This document shows positions 36,601 through 45,167 of a DNA stretch of 64,000 nt, in pieces. Each line of letters begins with the position of its first letter. Position 1 is the stretch's first letter. A model generated the notes under the pieces. It was not told the origin of the DNA. It ran no database searches and saw only the letters and a program-made list of their open reading frames with translations. This stretch comes from Fidelibacterota bacterium. Lineage in GTDB: Bacteria > Fidelibacterota > Marinisomatia > Marinisomatales > Marinisomataceae. Made by a program: the position numbers and the translations under genes. Where the stretch lies: positions 196,566-260,565 of the forward strand of contig JBJKZL010000004.1 in the NCBI GenBank assembly GCA_045560295.1, given 5' to 3'.

Positions 36601-38680
36601 ATCTTTTCTAACATCTGTTAGAATCATTGCTTACCTATCTATCCTAGTAATCTTCTATCTTGTATATCTTTCCAGAGATTTGCCTTCTTTGGAACGTCTA
36701 GAAACCTTTGACCCTGCTATGCTATCAACTTTATACGATAGAAATGGCGAAGTCATTGGTGAGTTCTATATACAGAAAAGAGTATTTATTGATATAGAAG
36801 ATATGCCAGAACACTTAAAACATGCAGTTATTGCTTCAGAAGATAAAAGATTTTATCAGCATTGGGGTGTAGATATGCAAAGTATTGTTCGTGCTGTTAT
36901 AGTCAATGCTTCTTCAATGAGTTTTAGACAGGGTTTTAGCACTCTTTCTCAACAATTAGCTAGAAATCTTTATAAAGAAGTTGGATTTAAAGATAGTATA
37001 ACAAGAAAACTTAAGGAAATGATCACTGCAGTACAGATTGAAAGGACATATACAAAAGAAGAAATTCTAGAAATGTATTTAAATACAGTACACTTTGGTC
37101 ATGGAACCTATGGTGCTGAGTCAGCCGCAAAAAGATATTTTAATAAAAAAGCATCAGAGTTAACTGTAGGAGAATCTGCAATGCTAATAGGCTTATTGCC
37201 TTCTCCTGCTAATTATTCTCCTTTAAGAAATTTAAATAAAGCGATTGAGCGAAGATCTATTGTTTTAAAGGTAATGTATAATCAAGACTATATCGGCCAT
37301 CAAGAATATATTGAGCATAATAGTATCATTCCTGATAATATTTCATATGAAATCCCAAGAGGTAAAGCACCTTACTTTGCTGAACATGTCAGAAGAATAT
37401 TAGAAAAACAAGATGATGAATTAGGTATCAATATTTATCAAGACGGTCTAAAAATCCACACAACCCTAGATTACAGACTTCAAAAGATTGCAGAAGACTC
37501 AGTGATGAAAACATTAATAAAAAACCAAGATGAGTTTAATTCTCAACTTTTTGAAGATAATGAAAGATTTTCAAAGCTAGGTTACTTATCAATATTCCCA
37601 GAAGATTCCGTTAAGATGATGCTGAATGGGCAGATGAAATTATATGAAGATTTAAGAGAAAATTTGCTAGTGCAGTGTGCATTTATTGCCATAGACAGTA
37701 GAAATGGAGAAATTTTAGCAATGATTGGTGGTCGATCTGATTATTTAGATCAATACAATCGTTCAACTCAAGCTCTCAGACAGCCAGGGTCTGTATTTAA
37801 GCCATATATTTATACTGCCGCAATAGATAACAATTATCCTCTGACTACGCAACTTCTAAACCAGCCTGTTGCTTTATATCGTAATAATGCTAAAGGCGAA
37901 AAAGAAAAATGGACACCAAGAAACTATGATAATAGTACTGGAGGATTAACAACCTTAAGGGAGGGGTTACGAAGATCACTAAATTTAATTTCTGTTAGAA
38001 TGGTACAAGAACTAGTACCTCCTCAGCAGGTAAAAAATATTGCAAAAAGAATGCAAATTAGCTCTTCCATTAGAGCAGTAGATGCAATTGCATTAGGAAC
38101 ATCTGAAGTCAAGCCAATAGAAATTGTTGCTTCTTATGCAACATTTGCTAATAAAGGAATTTATTCTTCACCGATTGCTATCACAAGAATTGAAGATAAA
38201 TATGGCCAAGTAATCAAAGAATTTACAAATACCCAGAAAGAAGTATTAAGTCCAGAAACTGCATATATGGTAACAAATTTATTGCAAACAGTTATGGATA
38301 AAGGAACAGGTGGCAGCGTTCGATGGAAATATAAATTTAGACATGCAGCAGGTGGTAAAACTGGTACTACTCAAAATTGGAGCGACGCATGGTTTGTTGG
38401 ATTTACTCCAAGTATTACTGCTGGAGCATGGTTTGGAGTGGATCAATACCCTATTAGTCTTGGTAAAGGTCAGGCGGGTAGTGTAGCAGCTTTGCCTGCA
38501 TGGGCACTATTTATGAAGGAAGCTCACAAAGTATTAGGTATTCCAAATGAACCTTTCGATATGCCAGAAGGTGTGATAGAGATTGAAATTGATTCTGAAA
38601 CTAAAAAATTACCTACATCTAGAACTAAGAAAACAGAGATAGAAATATTTTTAAAGAGTAATCAGCCTACATCAGATTAG
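36593..38680 (+). CDS. Bifunctional penicillin-binding protein 1A (glycosyltransferase/transpeptidase)
   Basis: GT51 motifs EDKRFYQHWGVD and RKLKEM. Transpeptidase motifs QPGSVFKP (SxxK) and KTGTT. Confidence 0.9.
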   Translation: MIKSFLTSVRIIAYLSILVIFYLVYLSRDLPSLERLETFDPAMLSTLYDRNGEVIGEFYIQKRVFIDIEDMPEHLKHAVIASEDKRFYQHWGVDMQSIVRAVIVNASSMSFRQGFSTLSQQLARNLYKEVGFKDSITRKLKEMITAVQIERTYTKEEILEMYLNTVHFGHGTYGAESAAKRYFNKKASELTVGESAMLIGLLPSPANYSPLRNLNKAIERRSIVLKVMYNQDYIGHQEYIEHNSIIPDNISYEIPRGKAPYFAEHVRRILEKQDDELGINIYQDGLKIHTTLDYRLQKIAEDSVMKTLIKNQDEFNSQLFEDNERFSKLGYLSIFPEDSVKMMLNGQMKLYEDLRENLLVQCAFIAIDSRNGEILAMIGGRSDYLDQYNRSTQALRQPGSVFKPYIYTAAIDNNYPLTTQLLNQPVALYRNNAKGEKEKWTPRNYDNSTGGLTTLREGLRRSLNLISVRMVQELVPPQQVKNIAKRMQISSSIRAVDAIALGTSEVKPIEIVASYATFANKGIYSSPIAITRIEDKYGQVIKEFTNTQKEVLSPETAYMVTNLLQTVMDKGTGGSVRWKYKFRHAAGGKTGTTQNWSDAWFVGFTPSITAGAWFGVDQYPISLGKGQAGSVAALPAWALFMKEAHKVLGIPNEPFDMPEGVIEIEIDSETKKLPTSRTKKTEIEIFLKSNQPTSD

Positions 38681-40026
38681 TTTTTCTTATCTGATAAGAA
38701 TAAGATAATTAATCCAACTATAAACAATACAATATTAGGCATCCATGAACCAATGGCAGGATCTAATAGAGCTCTGTCAGCTAATTGTTCTCCCCAAATA
38801 AGTATAATATAATAAATGAGAAAAAATGTAATACTCAAAGCTGATGCAATCGTAATGCCACCTTTTCTAACTAGTATGCCCAGAGGAGCTCCAACAAGAG
38901 TAAATAATATACATGCTACTGCCAGTGTAAATTTCTTATGGATTTCAACAAGGTATTTATTGTTATTTTTTTCATAGTTCTCTATAAGAGTAAATTCATT
39001 CTGAAATTGTCTCGCATTATTATTTAACGATCTCATTTTTTCATTTTGTTCATATTCAGTTATGGGGATATCCTTATTATATTCTCTTGTCTCTTCATTT
39101 TTTGGCATATCATTGTTTTTAAGATTTTCAATTTCATCAATGATATTCCTAAGGGTCATTTCATTATCTGAATTGATACCTATATCTTGTTTTACAGCTG
39201 TGATCCTGTTTTTAATCTGTTCTATAGAAAGCTTGTTTTGTTGAATTTTCTCAATCATTGCAGGCACTTTCATTTCACGATCAGTACGATTAGCTTCACT
39301 AGTTCTATTTAAAAGTAAATCATCTATAGAAATGATAATTTGATGAGTTCCAAATTTAATTTTACGATAATGATCATAGTTTTCTAAATCAATTTCATGG
39401 ATTTCACCATTTTCCAAATTCACTGTAATAATTCCACCTTTTGAATCTAAAGATCCTCTTTCAGCATAAATTGTAGTTTGTTCAGATGAAGTGTTTTTAC
39501 TAAATATTTTTACATCTTTGAATTCTTTCCCATCTAGTTCTTTGACAATCATAGTATATTGAGGAATCATGTCTACAAAATATCCAGGTTCAATAGTTAG
39601 TTCAGGTTTTTTTTGATAAATATCTCTTGCTAGCAATCGAGCATTATAGTTCATATCAGGAAGAATAAAATTATTAAATAAACATAGCAAGAATCCTACT
39701 ATACTTCCAAACCATAATGCCGGCTTAATAATACTAAAAAGGTTTACCCCCGCTGATTTTAATGCAGTAATTTCATTATCTTGTGACATCCTCCCATATG
39801 TCATCACACTAGAGATTAATAAAGACATTGGAACAGACAATGCTATAATCCATGCTAGGTTCAAATAGAGATATTCAAGGATAGTAAATATATCCAATCC
39901 TTTTCCAAGAAAACGGTCAATGGCTCTGATTAGAAATTGAAGAAACAATACTGTAGTGATTACTCCCACTGAAAGTATAAATGGAATAAAGGATTGCTTG
40001 ATTAAATATTTGTTTAATGTGCTCAT
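38677..40026 (-). CDS. LptF/LptG-family (YjgP/YjgQ) permease with an enlarged charged periplasmic insert
   Basis: N-terminal MSTLNKYLIKQSFIPFILSV... and C-terminal TM bundle typical of the family. An insert of about 110 aa is rich in E/K/N (res. about 240-350). Confidence 0.7.
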   Translation of the reverse strand: MSTLNKYLIKQSFIPFILSVGVITTVLFLQFLIRAIDRFLGKGLDIFTILEYLYLNLAWIIALSVPMSLLISSVMTYGRMSQDNEITALKSAGVNLFSIIKPALWFGSIVGFLLCLFNNFILPDMNYNARLLARDIYQKKPELTIEPGYFVDMIPQYTMIVKELDGKEFKDVKIFSKNTSSEQTTIYAERGSLDSKGGIITVNLENGEIHEIDLENYDHYRKIKFGTHQIIISIDDLLLNRTSEANRTDREMKVPAMIEKIQQNKLSIEQIKNRITAVKQDIGINSDNEMTLRNIIDEIENLKNNDMPKNEETREYNKDIPITEYEQNEKMRSLNNNARQFQNEFTLIENYEKNNNKYLVEIHKKFTLAVACILFTLVGAPLGILVRKGGITIASALSITFFLIYYIILIWGEQLADRALLDPAIGSWMPNIVLFIVGLIILFLSDKKN

Positions 40027-40111
40027 TTTTAATTATTGGTAAAAATTTAACTCTACTTGTGTAAAAACGTAAACTATAATAAGTTTGCAGGCTTATTTAG
40101 TTTAAGCCAAT

Positions 40112-40186
40112 GGTGACTGTAGCTCAGTTGGTTAGAGCCCCGGATTGTGATTCCGGCTGTCGTGGGTTCGAGTCCCATCAGTCACC
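40112..40186 (+). tRNA. tRNA-His (GTG) with genome-encoded G-1
   Basis: G-GTGACTG...CCGGA-TTGTGAT-TCCGG...GTGGGTTCGAGTCCCAT-CAGTCAC-C cloverleaf. No encoded CCA. Confidence 0.95.
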
Positions 40187-40197
40187 CGTATAAATTT

Positions 40198-40272
40198 CGG
40201 GGTGTAGCGTAGTCCGGTTAGCGCACCTGCTTTGGGAGCAGGGGGTCGGGAGTTCAAATCTCTCCACCCCGA
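40198..40272 (+). tRNA. tRNA-Pro (TGG)
   Basis: CGGGGTG TA GCGT..GCGC A CCTGC-TTTGGGA-GCAGG ... GGGAG-TTCAAAT-CTCTC CACCCCG A. No encoded CCA. Confidence 0.95.
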
Positions 40273-40279
40273 CATTAAA

Positions 40280-40311
40280 AAGTCTCTTCTTTTGAAGAGA
40301 CTTTCTTTTTT
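40280..40311 (+). terminator. Rho-independent terminator after the tRNA-His/tRNA-Pro pair
   Basis: 10-bp stem AAGTCTCTTC / GAAGAGACTT with a TTTT loop, followed by TCTTTTTT. Confidence 0.8.
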
Positions 40312-40323
40312 GTAGATTTAATT

Positions 40324-41184
40324 ATGACATTTCTAAATAAAATTATCGACAACGATAAAAAAATTGAGCTCTACAAATTTGAAGGAGATAATTTTACTAA
40401 TCTCCCAAAAGACTTTCGTAATGATAATGCTGTAATGGTTTGTTTTTTAGATCTTGAAACGACTGGCCTACAAAAAGATTGTAAGATTATAGAATTTGCA
40501 GGCAAAGTAGCTGCAATTGATAAAAATACTGGAGAGTTACTAGGCATAGTAGATGAGTACGAATCTTTCAACGATCCAGAACAAGCACTTGATCCTGTAA
40601 TAACAAGAATTACCGGCCTGACTGATGATGTTATAGCTGGACATTCTATTGATTGGGAGAAAGTATCCCGCGTTTTAAATCAATCAGATATTATTGTAGC
40701 TCATAATGCTTTCTTTGATCGAGGGGTTATGGATCGTCATTTACCATTATCGAAAGAAAAAGTGTGGGCATGTTCGTTTAATGATATTAATTGGGCACAA
40801 AGAGGATTTAATGCTGGTGGTCAAGAAATACTATGTATATGGCATGGATTTTACTATGAATCACATCGAGCTATGTATGATGTAGATGCATTGATTCATT
40901 TAGTGACCCATAATGTCGACAGTTCAGATAAAGCAGTTTTAGAATTATTAGTTAATGCAAGTATGCCGATTTATAAAATTGCAGCAATTGGAAGCCCTTT
41001 TCATACAAAAGATCTATTACGAATAAGAAGATATCGCTGGGATCCTGAAAATAAATATTGGTGGAAAAATCTTTCACTAAGTGAAATTGATATTGAAAAA
41101 GAATGGATGTCTGAAGCTATTTACAATGGTATTTTTCAAGGAAAAGTAGAAGAAATTTCAGTCACAGATAAATACAAGTCATAA
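40324..41184 (+). CDS. DEDDh (DnaQ-like) 3'-5' exonuclease with an extra C-terminal domain
   Basis: ExoI FLDLETTGL, ExoII VAHNAFFD, ExoIII HRAMYDVDAL. The C-terminal 70 aa or so contain SPFHTKDLLRIRRYRWDPENKYWWKNL. Confidence 0.7.
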   Translation: MTFLNKIIDNDKKIELYKFEGDNFTNLPKDFRNDNAVMVCFLDLETTGLQKDCKIIEFAGKVAAIDKNTGELLGIVDEYESFNDPEQALDPVITRITGLTDDVIAGHSIDWEKVSRVLNQSDIIVAHNAFFDRGVMDRHLPLSKEKVWACSFNDINWAQRGFNAGGQEILCIWHGFYYESHRAMYDVDALIHLVTHNVDSSDKAVLELLVNASMPIYKIAAIGSPFHTKDLLRIRRYRWDPENKYWWKNLSLSEIDIEKEWMSEAIYNGIFQGKVEEISVTDKYKS

Positions 41185-41186
41185 AA

Positions 41187-42257
41187 ATGGGATCCTATTT
41201 CAAATTTTTTTTAACCCCACTTTTTCTTTGCATAATGGGGTTATCATTAATTATTGATGGTTGGATGGGTCTATCATTATCTCTTGTTGTAGTTTGTTCA
41301 ATTATTTTTGGAGAATTATTTTTTGGAGATGATATTTCTACTCCAAATTATAGATTTCCATTTTTATTAGATTTCTCACTCTTTATTAACGTACCATTAT
41401 TTTTAATAGTGCTTTATTTATTTTTAGATAGAGTGTCCTCAGCATTTGAATGGTATTATTTATTATATATTCCAATCTTGGGCTTATTAATGGCTCTTAG
41501 CTTAATAAACATTGGACACGAATTAGTTCATAGAACTAGTAAAAAATTTGACTGTGAAATTGGTAATTGGGCTTTAGCTACTGCATGGAATCCTGCTTTT
41601 GCAATTGAGCATGTTTATGGTCATCACAAGAATATCGGTATTGTGGAAGAAGACCCAGTAACTGCTACCTATGGAGAGAACCCAATAATTTTTGCAGTAA
41701 AAGCCTTTTTTAAAGAACACGTACATGCATGGGGAATTGAAACCAGACAATTAAATCGAAGAAAACAACGTATCTTATCTTTCCATAATAGAATTTTAAA
41801 TGGCTATTTAAGAACGCTCATAGTTTTTGGTTTGATTGGATATTTTTTTAGCTGGCAAGCAATGCTGATTTATATTTGTTTAGGGATTGTAGCAAACTAC
41901 ATTTTTCAATTAACAAATTTTATTGAGCATTATGGTCTAGTACGTATCAAAGGAAAACCAGTGCAGTACCATCACTCATGGAATTCTAATAATCGAATGA
42001 CAAGCTATTTAACTTACAACTTAACCAGACACTCTGATCATCACGTACATGCTCAAAAGGAATTTTGGGAATTAAATCCATGTGACAATACGGGGGTTGT
42101 TCTGCCATCTGGTTATTTAACGTATATTCTACTTTTTACCTTTTTCCCTTCATATGCTAAATCTCAAATGGCTCCAAGATTGAAACATTGGCATGAAAAT
42201 TATGCTTCAGTGGATGAAAAAGCTTTAACTTTACATTACCTTAATTTTTCAATTTAG
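41187..42257 (+). CDS. alkB: Integral-membrane di-iron hydroxylase of the AlkB (alkane 1-monooxygenase)/fatty-acid desaturase family
   Basis: All four AlkB histidine boxes are present: HELVHR, EHVYGHH, NFIEHYGL and LTRHSDHH. There are six hydrophobic segments. Confidence 0.75.
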   Translation: MGSYFKFFLTPLFLCIMGLSLIIDGWMGLSLSLVVVCSIIFGELFFGDDISTPNYRFPFLLDFSLFINVPLFLIVLYLFLDRVSSAFEWYYLLYIPILGLLMALSLINIGHELVHRTSKKFDCEIGNWALATAWNPAFAIEHVYGHHKNIGIVEEDPVTATYGENPIIFAVKAFFKEHVHAWGIETRQLNRRKQRILSFHNRILNGYLRTLIVFGLIGYFFSWQAMLIYICLGIVANYIFQLTNFIEHYGLVRIKGKPVQYHHSWNSNNRMTSYLTYNLTRHSDHHVHAQKEFWELNPCDNTGVVLPSGYLTYILLFTFFPSYAKSQMAPRLKHWHENYASVDEKALTLHYLNFSI

Positions 42258-42292
42258 TTTATAGAAAATAATTTCCTTATATTTTTCCCCTT

Positions 42293-43321
42293 ATGTTAAC
42301 ATCTCAATTTTTAATCAATGAAAAAGTATGTTGTGGTCGCGGATGTAGGATGTGTCCCTACGAACCAAAACATGTTAAAGGAAACACAGAGTTACAAAAA
42401 AGATGGGATATATCACAAAATAAATCGTATAATATTGCTATGAACAAGATTGGTATACCGATGATTGGGCTTGGTACTTGGCTCATTCCAAATGATCAAG
42501 CAGAACAGATTTCAAGTGATGCATTTGAATTAGGTTACCGTCACGTTGATACTGCACAAGTATATCGCAATGAAGAAGGTGTTGGTAAAGCACTCGCAAA
42601 ATCTTCTGTTCCCAGAAATGAAATTTTTATTACTACAAAGATGTGGCCAGGAATGTTTGGTCAAGAAGAGCCATTTCAAAATTTTAAGGGTGCTATCAGT
42701 GCTTGTGATGAAAGTTTAAAATTGCTCCAACTAGATGAAATTGATTTATACTTAATTCACAATCCTTTTGCTAAAGAAAATCGATTAGAACAATGGGAGG
42801 CGATGATAGAATTAAAAAAACAAGGTAAAGTAAAGAATATTGGGGTATCAAATTACAATGTAAAACATATTCAAGAGATTGAAACAGCGGGACTTGAAAT
42901 GCCTGTAGCAAATCAAATAGAAATACATCCATGGCATGTTGTAAGAACAGAATTAGCTCAATATATGGATAAGCATGAAATTTTACCAATCGCATACTCA
43001 ACATTAGCTCCTATTCCAAACTGGAGAGAAGGTTCCCAATGGAACGGAAAGCCTGAAGATATGAAAAGCGGTGCAATTCCATGTCAAAATATTGCTGACC
43101 AATATCAAGTTTCTGTTCCACAATTATTTTTAAAATGGGCGATACAGCTTGGATACCCTGTATTACCTAAATCAGTTCATTATAGTCGTCTCAAAGAAAA
43201 TTTAGATTTAGATCACTTTACTATTTCTAGAGATGATATAAAGGTAATATCTAAGATTGCCAGAGATAGGCAAAAATGCTTAGCATGGTCTGGTGATTTT
43301 GAACCTCTTGACGTAGATTAA
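42293..43321 (+). CDS. Aldo/keto reductase with an N-terminal Cys4 module (CCGRGCRMCPY; DUF5522 / Oxidored-like motif)
   Basis: The AKR core starts around M51 (MNKIGIPMIGLGTW, HVDTAQVYRNE, LYLIHNP, GVSNY). The first 50 aa or so carry VCCGRGCRMCPYEP with no intervening stop. The frame opens at 42272 and the first ATG is 42293. Confidence 0.7.
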   Translation: MLTSQFLINEKVCCGRGCRMCPYEPKHVKGNTELQKRWDISQNKSYNIAMNKIGIPMIGLGTWLIPNDQAEQISSDAFELGYRHVDTAQVYRNEEGVGKALAKSSVPRNEIFITTKMWPGMFGQEEPFQNFKGAISACDESLKLLQLDEIDLYLIHNPFAKENRLEQWEAMIELKKQGKVKNIGVSNYNVKHIQEIETAGLEMPVANQIEIHPWHVVRTELAQYMDKHEILPIAYSTLAPIPNWREGSQWNGKPEDMKSGAIPCQNIADQYQVSVPQLFLKWAIQLGYPVLPKSVHYSRLKENLDLDHFTISRDDIKVISKIARDRQKCLAWSGDFEPLDVD

Positions 43322-43326
43322 AAAAT

Positions 43327-44085
43327 ATGGCTAAATATAATCCTATCGTTGGAGATAAATGGAGATATGATCCAAAAAGTCCAGCTGCTTTCAAGTTAAG
43401 TCGAACTAAGATTGAATTATTCTGTAAGTGCGAACGATGTTTCTATTTAGAGGTCCGCTTAGGATTTAGAGAGCCATCTGGTCCAGGTTGGGCAATTAAT
43501 TCTGCAGTAGATAGCCTATTAAAGAAAGAAATGGATTATTGCCGAAAAGAAGATAGACCTCATGGACTATTTAAAGAGTATGATTTAAATATTAAGCCTT
43601 TTAATCATCCTGATATTGAACAATGGCAAAATTCATTTAAAGGCATCCAATATGTTCATCCTGATTTCAACTTCTTAATATATGGTGGAGTTGATGATAT
43701 TATGGTAAATGAAAAAGACGAGTTAGTTGTTATTGATTTTAAAGCAACAGCAAAGAGAGCTACCATCAATTCTCGTGATGACGTGTGGGGCAGAGGAGAG
43801 GCCTATAAAAGACAATTAGAAATTTATAGTTGGTTATTACAAAAGAATGGTTTTGATGTTTCCAAGGTTGGCTATCTTATGTATTATAACGGGGATACAA
43901 CTCAACCACATTTAGGAAAAACCATGCAATTCAGAAGAACATTAGTTGAATTTGAATTAGATACAGACTGGATTGATAATACTGTAGAAGGTATGTTCAA
44001 TTGTTTGCAGAACGATAATGCTCCAAAGCTCGATAAGGAAGCATGCGAGCAATGTTTATACCGTGAAACATATCAAACTCTTTAA
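43327..44085 (+). CDS. PD-(D/E)XK nuclease family protein, Cas4/AddB-nuclease-like with Cys cluster
   Basis: N-terminal CKCERCFY, core GGVDDI...VVIDFKA...YKRQLEIY, and C-terminal CEQCLY. Confidence 0.6.
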   Translation: MAKYNPIVGDKWRYDPKSPAAFKLSRTKIELFCKCERCFYLEVRLGFREPSGPGWAINSAVDSLLKKEMDYCRKEDRPHGLFKEYDLNIKPFNHPDIEQWQNSFKGIQYVHPDFNFLIYGGVDDIMVNEKDELVVIDFKATAKRATINSRDDVWGRGEAYKRQLEIYSWLLQKNGFDVSKVGYLMYYNGDTTQPHLGKTMQFRRTLVEFELDTDWIDNTVEGMFNCLQNDNAPKLDKEACEQCLYRETYQTL

Positions 44086-44726
44086 TACATGCCTGTTGGC
44101 TTTTCATAAACATGAATAATCTCAATAGCATCAGACCGCGACATTCCTCCAGGATTTAATCCTAGTTCGCCTTCAGGTATAGGATGTCCTAAATCTTCAT
44201 AATACTCTACCCAATGAACAAAAGGCATATCAGTACCAGGTTCATTGAATGTCATAGGTTTTAAAGAGAATAACTCCTTTGTGTTATCCGCCTTTTTAAG
44301 CCCTTCATAAATAATTTCAGAACAATAATATGTATCATCATTTATATCAAAGATATAGTCATAAGGCTTACCACTTAAATCAGTTTGAATATATGTAATC
44401 GCATCGGGAATCATATATTGATATTCATCTTTTAAGCGACCAACAAATACTTTATTACTGCGATTTAAAAAATCATGTAATGTTGTTTGAGTAACAGTTT
44501 CGCCAATTGCTTCAGTCAGGATCGTGTCATAATTAGATGTTCCAATAGAAGTAATGATAGCACAATGAGAAAGTTGTGCACCTTGATAACCAGAAGTGAC
44601 AGCTTCAATTGCTTGACATGGTGGCCCACAATCTAAATCTTGAAAGAATATATCTCCAATTTGATAAGACTGTTTTTCACAGCTAAAGAAAAATGAAATG
44701 AGAAAAAATAAAAAAAATCGGTTCAT
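44082..44726 (-). CDS. YiiX/YaeF-like permuted papain-fold (C92 family) putative amidase
   Basis: GDIFFQD ... SHCAII ... YYCSEIIYEGL motif order, with an N-terminal signal/lipobox-like FFFSC. Confidence 0.5.
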   Translation of the reverse strand: MNRFFLFFLISFFFSCEKQSYQIGDIFFQDLDCGPPCQAIEAVTSGYQGAQLSHCAIITSIGTSNYDTILTEAIGETVTQTTLHDFLNRSNKVFVGRLKDEYQYMIPDAITYIQTDLSGKPYDYIFDINDDTYYCSEIIYEGLKKADNTKELFSLKPMTFNEPGTDMPFVHWVEYYEDLGHPIPEGELGLNPGGMSRSDAIEIIHVYEKPTGMY

Positions 44727-44732
44727 GTAATA

Positions 44733-45065
44733 CTAAGTATTATCAACAATTTTAATTTCTTTTCCTGTGTATTCATAGCGATCAGGGTCTGGCCATGCTT
44801 TTGCTACGTCATGCCAATTATCAGATTTACCAAATTCAGTATTTCTTCTTTCCATTGCTATCTTATATTCTTCTTCTGAATGAAACCATAATTCAGCCAT
44901 TCCACAACATCCGTTTTCTAGGTCTTCTTCAAAAAATGTCAGTACATATTTTTGAGGTTTTAACACTTTTACCATGTGAGGGGCATGAATATTTTCCCAG
45001 TGATCAAAGAAATTAGAGCGCTTTACATTTTTTCTATTCTGTATAAAAAGTATTTTTTTTACCAT
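44733..45065 (-). CDS. EthD-domain protein
   Basis: 110 aa with F.DHWENIHAPHM and a ferredoxin-like pattern. Weak assignment. Confidence 0.4.
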   Translation of the reverse strand: MVKKILFIQNRKNVKRSNFFDHWENIHAPHMVKVLKPQKYVLTFFEEDLENGCCGMAELWFHSEEEYKIAMERRNTEFGKSDNWHDVAKAWPDPDRYEYTGKEIKIVDNT

Positions 45066-45167
45066 AATTCTCTCCTTAGTGCTTTAAAGATAACATCTTT
45101 TTTTTATTTACAACATCATTATTTGCTACTTACATTGTTAACTAACAGAATTTTAGGAGAAATAACT

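Noticed and set aside
40112-44726. Genomic island or integrated element at the tRNA-His/tRNA-Pro locus
   Set aside because: There is no integrase, recombinase, transposase or phage gene. I could not find a direct repeat of the tRNA-Pro 3' end downstream. Base composition looks the same as the surroundings. I kept only a low-interest note on the unusual gene combination.
44976-45167. 5' extension of the M1 peptidase ORF (track start 44976)
   Set aside because: The extension overlaps the 5' end of the EthD gene on the opposite strand and encodes low-complexity sequence. The ATG at 45168 has an AGGAGA 8-13 nt upstream and begins a canonical signal peptide.
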